Below, piece after piece: positions 1 to 10,033 of a DNA stretch of 46,707 nucleotides; within the stretch, counting starts at the first letter, position 1; each line of letters begins with the position of its first letter. A model generated the notes under the pieces. It was given only the letters and a program-made list of their open reading frames with translations. It did no database searches and was not told the origin of the DNA. Both the position numbers and the translations under genes were made by a program. Source of the stretch: Intoshia linei (lineage: Eukaryota > Animalia > Orthonectida); assembly GCA_001642005.1 (NCBI GenBank), contig LWCA01000158.1, positions 1-46,707 on the forward strand, read 5' to 3'.

Positions 1-430
1 ACGGTCAAAAAAGCATTTTAGTATTCATATATTTTTTTTTCGAAATATTTTATTTAAACAAAAAATATGAAATAAAAAATGGTGCAAAAATTAAAAAAAA
101 GATTATTCTGATAGAGATTATTCCAGTTGATATAATTACAAAATTTAAACCCCTGAAATCTACGCATTCCCGGTGAAAAATAATTTTTAATATGTTATCA
201 ATTAATATTTTTCAAATATTTCAATTAAAATAAAAATTGGAAATGTAAATATTGATCCTATAATTTCAAAAAAAATGTGCATTGAACGTCTACACATTTC
301 AAATAAAGAAATATGGGTGAAAATTTATATAATTCATTCCTTCGAAATTTTTTTCATTGCTACGCAATTTTTAAATTTCAAATTTTCATTTTTAAAAAAT
401 TTTGAATAAAATCTAAATAGAAATTATTAA
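1..430 (+). repeat. Interspersed non-autonomous repeat (family A) in the last Piezo intron
   Basis: ACGGTCAAAAAAGCATTTTAGTATTCATAT...GAAATCTACGCATTCCCGGTGAAAAA...GAACGTCTACACATTTC recurs at ~14087-15137, ~15150-15670, ~16050-16400, 20507-20540 and inverted at ~32640-32790. Confidence 0.8.
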
Positions 431-1139
431 CATAATTGGTATTTTTAAATTAGATTTTCAACGTCAATTTATTTTTTTATGTATAAAAAAATGTACCCTC
501 GGCAGAGCTAGGTCCTGTTTGTACGTAGTACATAACAGTCAACCTAGTAAACTAACTAATCATAACAATAATTAAATTAACAACATTCAATGACACAATT
601 TTACTTATAAAATGTGACTATTGGAAAAGGTAATATATTAAATTTGGAGCAGAATGATGTATCTCAATTGAAATGGTCAAAGTTGCTTAATTAGGCAATT
701 AAAAATTAACAATAAAACCATAAATATTAATTATTCTTATTTAATTGATGGATTTATGGAATCTTATCAAAAAATGGGCTCTACAGTTATAAAATGCATT
801 TTTGACAATCTCATATTAATTTATTCCCTTAAAATTGTTGTTCCTTGTCGAATGAACCAAGGAAAGCTTAAACCTTAGTTAAAGGTTAACTGTGAAAAAG
901 TGACTTTATGTTTTGAAAATTTAAATAATTTCTCCAAAGTTTCCGAACCACTCCTTTAAAGGATTGATAATAGTGAATAGTAGCATTTTTATGTAAGATT
1001 ATATTTTTTTGGTTAAATTAAAAAAGACATCCTCGGAAGAGATAGGTGCTGTTTTTATGAAGTAAAAAACATCAACGTATATTGAACATTTTCTTTAATT
1101 TTGTAGTATATGGATACTTTATTAATTATTCAATTTTAG

Positions 1140-1552
1140 AAAACAAAACTTTTGTATTGAGCGTAAAGAAAATGAACGATTCTGTTTGGTGGTCAGTTAA
1201 CGAAGAAGGCAAAATTGATTTCAATATAATAGCATATAGTGAACGGATTAGTATTGGTATTCTTTCAATAATTAGCAGTTATGGAATCATTGGTTTGTAC
1301 TTGTCCCTGGTTCTAGTTATAAGCAAATTTTTGCGAATAATTCTATCCGGTTATTCCAACAGAATAATGTTTGAAGAATTGCCAAATGTTGACAAATTAT
1401 TGAATCTTTGTAACGATATATTCACAGTTCGTGAAGCCAAAGATTTTAGATTAGAAGAAGAATTGTTTTCAAAGTTAATGTTTATTTATCGATCTCCAGC
1501 ACACTTAATCGAATGGACCAAATACCAACGTTTGAAGACAAAAACAGAATAA
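1140..1552 (+). CDS. PIEZO: Piezo mechanosensitive channel, terminal exon (inner helix + C-terminal domain); upstream exons lie outside the window
   Basis: YGIIGLYLSLVLVISKFLR...IMFEELPNVDKLLNLCNDIFTVREAKDFRLEEELFSKLMFIYRSPAHLIEWTK matches the Piezo C-terminal signature (MFEELP, LEEEL, IFLYRSP). Acceptor TTTTAG ends at 1139; TAA at 1550-1552; AATAAA follows at ~1575. Confidence 0.95.
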
Positions 1553-1679
1553 TTATGTTTATTAATAATTTGAAAATAAATAAATTTGTTATAAATGTAC
1601 AATGTCAATATTATACATTGTGCTGTTTTAATTTTGACGTGTCTACATTGATATATAAAATTTATATTAAGTTCACATT

Positions 1680-4600
1680 ATGTCTAAATTTATAATTTCG
1701 GTTGATATTGGTTCAACTAACATTAAAGCAATTTTAATTAATCATGAAAATAAACTTGTTAAACAGCTCATTACACCGGTAAACATTTATAATCTTAATC
1801 AACGTCATTAGCTTATTTACCACAAATCAGTAGAGGGGGTTTTTGAAATTGAACCGGTTCAATTGTACAATGATGTATTGAATGTTATTAAATCTGTAAT
1901 CAAAAATCAAGACAAATCGTACATGTATGGTATTTGCTTTTCATGTCAAAGATCTTCTCTTATTGCATGGAATAGGTATGAATATGCTATTATTCGATTA
2001 GTCTCATATTTTATCACTACATTCCTTTCTAAAAATAAACAAGGGTTGCTGTATACCAAAATGAGCTATGAGATGAACTACATTTGTATATTTACAAATG
2101 AAAATTTCAGTCTATTTGTAAGTTATCATAATTTTTACAGTGCAACGATAGTAGGCACTAGTTGTTCAATTTTAATCTTTACTTTTACAGTCAGGCCTCT
2201 CATTACTGCAACTACATTTTTTTACTGTGATAACACTGAAAAAAAGTTTGACAATTGCTGGATTAAATTATGGATAGAGAAATCAATTTTTTTTAATAAA
2301 TATGCAAATGTGGGACACAGAATTTTCATTTGATTTGGGTTCACTGCTAGCTCTCCAGGGCCTCGATGGGAAGTTCCAACTGGGAACCCACTTTTACCTA
2401 AATTTTATAGAAAAATTAAGTTGATTGGTTAGCCACAATACTTCCAATTGACTGATACTTTAAATAAATAACAACAATTTATCCAGAAATTTTCTTCAAA
2501 ATGTTATACTCTCAAAAAAAATAAAAAGAGATTTTATTTTTCATTTAATTTTTAGTAAATTATTTTCATTAAGCTGTTTTCATTCTAATGAAATATTACA
2601 CTGCACAACAAAAGGAAAATTTTTGTCAAAGGTCTGAAAGAGACATATACCATTAAAAAGCTGTCATTTTCGTTATCAACATGATATTTCTCTTTTTAAT
2701 TTTACAGTTTGCTAATTACAATTAATTTTAATTGTAATTTAAAATTTGTTAAAACTTTTAATACAAATCTGTAAATATTTATTTTCTCACAAAAGTTGCA
2801 TGATATAACCACAAATGCAATCGTGCGGTAACATTTACAATTAAAACTATATTAATTATAATAGTGAAACGGGAAAAAATGTTTGTAATATAATATCATG
2901 GAGAGATACGCGAAATACATCAATAGTAAAATACTACAATGAAAGACTACTTTCGAGGTTATTAAAGTGGACATCAAGTATATTATCAAAATTTATCAAA
3001 TCAGAATACCTTAAAACACTAAAAAATTTTTCTTATGCAATCAACCAAGTAAATTGCAATTAAATTGTTATTTACATTATATTTTATATTAATTTATTTA
3101 GGCCCCAATGAAAATTGTGTGGGTACTTTATACATTTCCTGAAGCCCGAAAATTAGAAAAACAAAATAAATTGAGAGTGGGAACATTAGACACATGGATT
3201 CTGAATAAATTAACAAAAAATAAAATTTTCGTTACTGATTACAGTTCAGCTTCAAATGGATTGTTAGATCCTTTCACAGTAAATAATGAAAAATACTCCA
3301 AAATCAAATTTTAGCTAAAATGGAACAAGTGGCTCTGTAAATCTTTGGGATTTAGCACAGAATTATTACCAAAGTTAGTTGAAACAGAGTAATAATTACT
3401 TAACGTTAATTATTAAGAATTGTAAAGTAAAATAACTATAATTTAGTTGGGATTTTGGTCATACTGATTCAGAAATATTTGGATATCCTATCAAAATATT
3501 AGCCTCGGTAATAAACAAAATATTAATATTGGGATTAACCAACGCGTTCTATGACACAACTGGTTCATAATGGGTTTTTGGAATCAATCAGTATTTATAA
3601 TTGATATTTTTTGAGACGTTAAAATGTTAAAGTTTTAAAATTGGTATACATAATCAAATGTTCCGTATGACATGAAAACACGACAAACGCTTGTAATCTC
3701 TGACTATATTATATATTAGATAGGAGATCAACAAGCGTCGTTATTTGGTAATTATTGTTACGAACCCGAAGATGTAAAAATTTCACTTGGAACTTCTGCA
3801 TCAATAAATATCACTAAAAAATCAGTGTTGGGAGTAGCCAATGGTAAATATTCACATCTCATTGATTGACATATATTATTATTAAGATTTCTATCCAACC
3901 ATTGCATGGAAATTAACTTCAGGAGACATTGCATATAGTCAAGAAAATTTAGTCAAAAATTTCGGTCGAATACTAGAAGGTATATCAAAATAAATTTTTT
4001 TTAAAAATTAATTTTAGACTCTGCAAATGTAAGTTACATTAAAAATATTATTAACAGGCAAAAAATAATATTTTTAGGTAAATACTACAGTTGAAAATTG
4101 TGCTTTTAATTTATTTCGAAAATTTGAAAATGCAATTGACAATGGAATAATTCACGCCAAAACAAAAACCTTAATGTAAAATTATCCATATATAATTTTG
4201 TTTTTCACGTATTTACCTGAAAATATCACTTTAAACAGCGTTGGACTATAATAAAAACAAACAGTAAACTATGCGTTATAAGAACATTCGTTATAAGTTA
4301 CAAATAAATTCGATATAAGCACAAATTTAAATTCGTTATTGCAAGTTTTAACTAATGTTAAATTATTTTTTTCAATTCAAACAATATCGCAATGTTGGAG
4401 TATATTAAAGGAAAATACAATTAAAAACTGTTCTAAAATGACTGTTAATGTAAAAAGTAGAATATTAAATTTGCTACAATAACATTCGTTACAACTGTTT
4501 TATTTTGTTCTTATAACGCATACTTTACTGTATAATATCATAATGTATTGCAATAGTTTAAATATTCAATGAAAAATTAGATAACTTACTAAAACCCCTG

Positions 4601-5552
4601 ATTTTGGGGCACTTTTCAAAAAAGAAAAAAAAATCGGACTGTATAAGATTTTTTCTTCTTTCGTATCTTTTATAGTAAATTGCAATATCTGTATCTTACA
4701 TTTAACTTAGTGTTCTTCAGCCAATTTTAAAATAGTAATAATCAAACAAATAACCAAAAATAACAAAATTGTTAATATTTTATATATGTTGGGTGCTTGT
4801 TTAAAAATATTTACTATAGTATAAAAATTTCCAGAGAAAAGCTGCAAATTTAAAACTTTCGGATAAGAAACAAAAAAAATTAAGGGTACGGACCTGTGAA
4901 ATGATTCATGGTTCGTTATCAATTTTTCACTGGGCACACATAAAATTTGCTGGGTAATAAAAATGCACTGGTGCTGAAACCTGATTTAACAAGTAAAAAA
5001 CGCATTTTTCTTCAAATATATTGCAAAATTTTTAAATTTTAATTAAAATGAAAACTAAACATCTTGCAATTTTAGAAATAAAAAATAGCCTGTAGTTTTT
5101 TACTGAGAATTCAAAAAGCAAAGTTTCAATCCTTGATTTAAATTTTAGTCACTTATAAAATATATATCGAATTGTCAGCCCATACAATTAGCTAGTTGCA
5201 CGCATAACAACAGAGAAAATAGCAAACTTGTAAAATTAATAATAAATTAAATTAGAATGGATGGAGGATGTACAAAAAATAAACCATTATTGAACTGTTT
5301 AATAACATTATTTAAAACAAAAGGATTCAGTATATTTACCCATAAAAATACATCATTTGTAAGCTGTCAAGGTGTAGCAAATATAGGAGCAATAAAATTG
5401 GGTAAAAAATAAATTATAACCATTTATTTATAAATATAGGTTGGATAACCAGACAAGAATTAAAAGGATTGAATAAGATTAATGTTCAAAGTGAAAATGT
5501 ACCCAATATCACTGAAAAATATATGATGTGGTGTAATAAAAATATATTATAA
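1680..5552 (+). CDS. GK5: Glycerol kinase 5-like FGGY carbohydrate kinase, multi-exon
   Basis: Exons give MSKFIISVDIGSTNIKA (FGGY phosphate-1 motif), EIEPVQLY..CQRSSLIAWN, NIISWRDTR plus the GK5-type insertion, GTLDTWILNKLT..TDYSSAS, GDQQASLFG, KISLGTS, MDGGCTKN. Stop TAA at 5550-5552. Confidence 0.9.
4262..4530. mobile_element. pogo/Tigger-type (Tc1-mariner) MITE in a GK5 intron
   Basis: 25-bp near-perfect TIRs CAGTAAACTATGCGTTATAAGAACA / TGTTCTTATAACGCATACTTTACTG. TA lies on the right flank; the left flank is AA. Confidence 0.8.
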
Positions 5553-7456
5553 TTTTAATATTGACACGTTCAGTTGAGGCATGGATTGTGCTAAATCTTT
5601 GAAAAGGCTAGGATCGTAATGAAGACGTAAAACACTAGATGGTTGTAGTTCTAGAGAAATTAAAGTTTCACAGCAAATGTCTTCGTTAATATTTATTGAT
5701 TTTGCACTTTGGTAGGTAGATGAAGGCGGTATAACTAAAACAAATAATAGTAGATCCGTAACCAACTTCGTTTTTATTAATTCAAATACGTCTTTTAGAG
5801 TTTCTCTTGATTTAAATATAGCCTAAATAAATATATCAAATTTCAATTAATTAAAGAATTCAAATTATTCAAAATCACTTAATTAATAATACAGTATTGT
5901 ATCTTTAGTTCGCAAAGTTCGTTGTAAGGATTGTCATCGCAAAAAAATATAAATAACGTTCAATACTATTAATTTTTCTATTAAGGTTCCAGATTTCAAC
6001 TTACAATACTCATTGCCTTCCCCGAAAATCAAAAATAGACCCTTAACAAATGTACGTAATCCCATCTAAACTCTAGCAACTTAACTAAGGTCGTATATGG
6101 GTCTGGACTCATAATTTAAATTTGAAACAAAATAGTTAAGAAATTAAAGAACGTGATATTTTAAATGCTCAATTTGGGAAAAAAAACTTCATATTACGTC
6201 CCAATCCCAAAAAAGGCCGCGGCATCGGCTCTGCTGTCCCGTCGAATATAAAATAATATTTTCCAAAAATATGGTATGTAGTGGGTTTTAGAAAGAATAC
6301 TGTATTTAAAAAGATTTAAAAAACATCACGGTCAGTAAAAAGGGATTTTGAATAATTGTTTAGCTAAGTTGATTTTGTCCGTTTTTATAAAATAATTTCT
6401 TCCTGCAAGCTTAAAAAACGGAAATCACTTGAAAAAGTATTTAAAAATTAAATGACTCAAAAAACCTAACCTGAATAGATCTTCCTTCCGGCAAAATAAT
6501 CCTGAGTAACACATATCGATACAAATGCATCAATTTTTCATTAGTTTGTTCTCTCATAGCTTTAGTCTTGAGAACATTTCTATCTTGGTTGGTTTTTTGA
6601 ATACGATCATAAATTTGTTTAAATTCAGTAGATGACATGTTGAACTCTTCATCGTCCAATTCAACAGGTAATCGTATATTTTGATTTTTTTCATAAATAG
6701 TTACATCTCTATGCAATATGGGTACCATAGGACGTATATTTGTATTTTCCAAAGTTTCAATCGCAATTTTAAAATTATTACATATTTCCGTGGTAAAATC
6801 GTATATAACAAAATACATTTCTTCTTTTTCATTTACAGTAATTAATTTTTCGACAAAACCAACACTTTTAAGTAAATGGAATCCTCCTATAGCAGATTTT
6901 ACATTTTCTAAAATGATTTTATTATTTTGACGAATTTGTTTAAATTTTGGGTTATCCGAATTTGTTAAAATGTTATTCAAATACTTTAGTAGTGTAGCAA
7001 TGCAGTTTTGTGACAAATCTAACCGATTTAAAGATTTAATCATCAGAACACTAGATCCGATGGAATCATTTTCCAATTGATTTTCCAAATTTTTGTGAAT
7101 ACACTCGATTGTATTCTTTTTACCCTCAAATAAATTTCCGCATATTGGACAAGTGAATTTTATTACAAGGTTGTTCATTCCTACATATCTACTTGAAGAT
7201 TGAGTGTTTTCACATTGTTCATTTTTTTCACGGAAATTTGCTAAAATGTTTATACACTATAAGATTACTTTTACTTATGTATTATTATTTATCTCTAGTT
7301 TATAATACCTCTAGGACCTTTTTCACGTAACTCAGCTGCAGTAGCCATTTTTTCTGTATCACTTGTAATTACGTTGTATTCATTGGAATTTTCTTTTTTT
7401 TTTTCGGATTTATCCAGCTTTTTCACAATATCTGACAATATCTTTTTAAGCTTCAT
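5547..7456 (-). CDS. UBXN6: UBX domain-containing protein 6 (p97/VCP cofactor; VIM, PUB and UBX domains), 3 exons
   Basis: Exon 1 MKLKKILSD...EKMATAAELRE (VIM-like). PUB domain TLLKYLNNILTNSDNPKFKQIRQNNK...LLKSVGF. UBX domain YRYVLLRIILPEGRSIQ|AIFKSRETLKDVF...LQPSSVLRL. Confidence 0.92.
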
Positions 7457-8034
7457 TTTAATTTAAAATAAATGCAACTTTATTAATTATATATTAATTT
7501 CATTTGATTCACGTTGTAAAATAGGAAATGACACGAAATGTGATTAAATTGTTCAAATTCAATAAAAATATACAACAATTAAAAGTTTCAACTACAATAG
7601 CAAATTTCCATCAAGTATTTTTTGCAATGTTATATTTTATTTTTTAAATCCATGTTACTATTGTCTAGGTTATATTATAATATAAAGTATAGATTATCAT
7701 TTAATTTAATGTGCGTGGTGATTAGGCAGTATTTTGATGGTTAGATAATTGGAGTTTATTGAATAATGATTATTCATGTTCAATGATTTCCTATTGGCAT
7801 CGATAGTTCAACGTGGAAACATGATATATATGTTGTCATGTCAGGCTCTTAATTCCACATATTAAAGTTAAAACACAAAATAATTATGAGATTCAAGGAT
7901 ATACTTTTTAATGCTCAATTCGGAAAAATGAAACCCGAAGAAGGTTTCGGAGTACGACAGGTTCAGCACTGGTTGACTGGTTGTTATATTTTAAATAAAT
8001 ATGTATAATAGGGATGTGACAAAATTTTAAAAAT

Positions 8035-8425
8035 TAAGTCCAGTCTTGGAAAAAGTTGAGTAATTAATCAAAAATGACAATGCCAAAAAAATAATTAAAT
8101 TAGATAAAAATTTGCGGAGACGTGTGCCATTTCAAAGATTTCATACAAAAATGTTCTACGAAAATTACAATATAACTTTATTTACTCTAATGATAATGAT
8201 AATATACTGTATTTATGGTTTGTGTGGTTTTGTGATGATCTCCATGTTTAATTATTCACTTTGTATCTTTAAATTCAATTCTACCTCGTTTAATTTTTAT
8301 TTTATCGATGTTTTAAGATCTTATGTTATAAAAATTGTCACTAAAAACAAAAATAAATAAGGTAGAGTTGAATTAAAAGATACAAAGTGGATAATCAAAC
8401 ATGGCGATCAATACAATCTTGGTAC
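8035..8425. mobile_element. Partial copy of a long fold-back (palindromic) element
   Basis: Arms ...CACTTTGTATCTTTAAATTCAATTCTACCT / AGGTAGAGTTGAATTAAAAGATACAAAGTG. It is homologous, in opposite orientation, to 36603-37630. Confidence 0.7.
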
Positions 8426-8529
8426 AAGATAAATAGGCAACTTAATAGGCCCTAATGAACACCCTAAACTTAAAATGATAAATTGTATATCAAATTTATT
8501 TTACTGTAAATTGAAAAAAATAATGGGTT

Positions 8530-8880
8530 AGTTTAGTTACGATGAACGATATTTTGTTCAAAACTTTAAAAGCATAGCCGCAAGGTTTATTAAAGAGTTC
8601 TAAAGCAATATTATGTGCAAATTGGGGACATAAAAATTGCTTATAATGCGTGTGGGTGTACTTTTGATATAAAAATTTGACTTACAACACTAATAACCAG
8701 GTATGGTGTTAATAAAGTAAAGATTATTATATTGACGCAATACGCCATCATAATTCTTAAAATGGTTGATAAAAATATCTTATTTAATCGATATTTCTAT
8801 AATTTATATACAAAAATAATCCAGGAAGTTAAAAGAATGTAGCAAATTATCACCAGTGTGGCCGGTAAATGTAGATTAGG
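8530..8880 (-). pseudogene. Possible decayed class-A GPCR fragment (TM5-TM7)
   Basis: Minus frame reads LPATLVIICYILLTSWIIFVYKL*KYR...IMMAYCVNIIIFTLLTPYLVISVV, then after frameshifts NSLIN(P)CGYAFK. It has several stops and frameshifts. Confidence 0.3.
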
Positions 8881-10033
8881 GCTATTCTAATTCCAATTGG
8901 ACTTTTTTTGAAATTAAAAAAGACATAATAATCTCCATTTAATTTGCTGCAGGATGATTTACATTTTTTTATTTTTGTCACAAAAAACCCCGCGTCTTTA
9001 CCTTTCTCTGTTTTCCTAACATTTTTTTTAGCTTAATTGCCATACATTTGTTATAATTTTAAGATATAACATAAATCATGTGACACTAATCATATTAATT
9101 AAAAAAAATCAATAAAAAATCGTTTATTTTAGACACAGTTCACGGATAAACTTTTCGCCATTTTTAAAAAAATTATATAATTTCAAAAAAAGACATGAAT
9201 TTATATGAAATGGGTCAAAATATTTTAAATGCTTCTACTGAAATATTTTTTAAGTACTTTTGTAAAAAAATAATTTTGTTAAATTTATAAAATTAAGAGT
9301 AAAACAAATTTAAAAATGATCAAATTTAATTCATCACTTTTGTGAATATTTTATTACGGTAGATACTATTTATATTTATAACTATTTTTTTACATAAAAA
9401 ATTAGTACGAATTTAAATTAAATTGAATTTAACAAACAAATATGAATTAAATTTGTTCATAGTTTTTGAACATATATTTTCAACTTTAATAGTTCATTTA
9501 CGAACATTAATTAATGTGGAAAATGATCTTTTACAAGGTTCAATGGTTATTATTATACCGTTTAATTCAACAAAAAATATTTCCAACATTTTTTGTAAAC
9601 TTTCAAATGATGAAATCATTTCAATATTCGACATTTTTAAAAGTTTTATAAATTCAGATAAAATTTATCATAAATTGAAAACTTTAAACTTCAAGACGTG
9701 GTGATTTTTCTGGACAAAAATCAAAAATATTAATATCATTCTGCAGCAAATTAAGCGGCGCTCATTTTCTATATAATGCATTTTTATATTAGAAAAATGG
9801 AATATTAAGGTATGTATAATACGATTAAAAAATTTAAAAATAATAATAATTGTCATAATATTTGACGTGATGCTACGATTCCGATTTACTGATAAATGAA
9901 ATAGTAATAATTTTCAAAAAATTGAGTTTTTTCACAATCCATCTTCGTTCATTTTCCGCAATTTTCGCCAAATAAAAATATTACTGAGGTAATCTTGCAC
10001 GATGAAGCCTCAAATAAATATTTCCTTTAACAG

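Noticed and set aside
9870-9990. MLRFRFTDK-TGA read-through as a recoded MIPEP presequence or alternative genetic code
   Set aside because: The splice phase does not join the downstream MIPEP exon, and TGA, TAA and TAG all serve as normal stops in other genes here.
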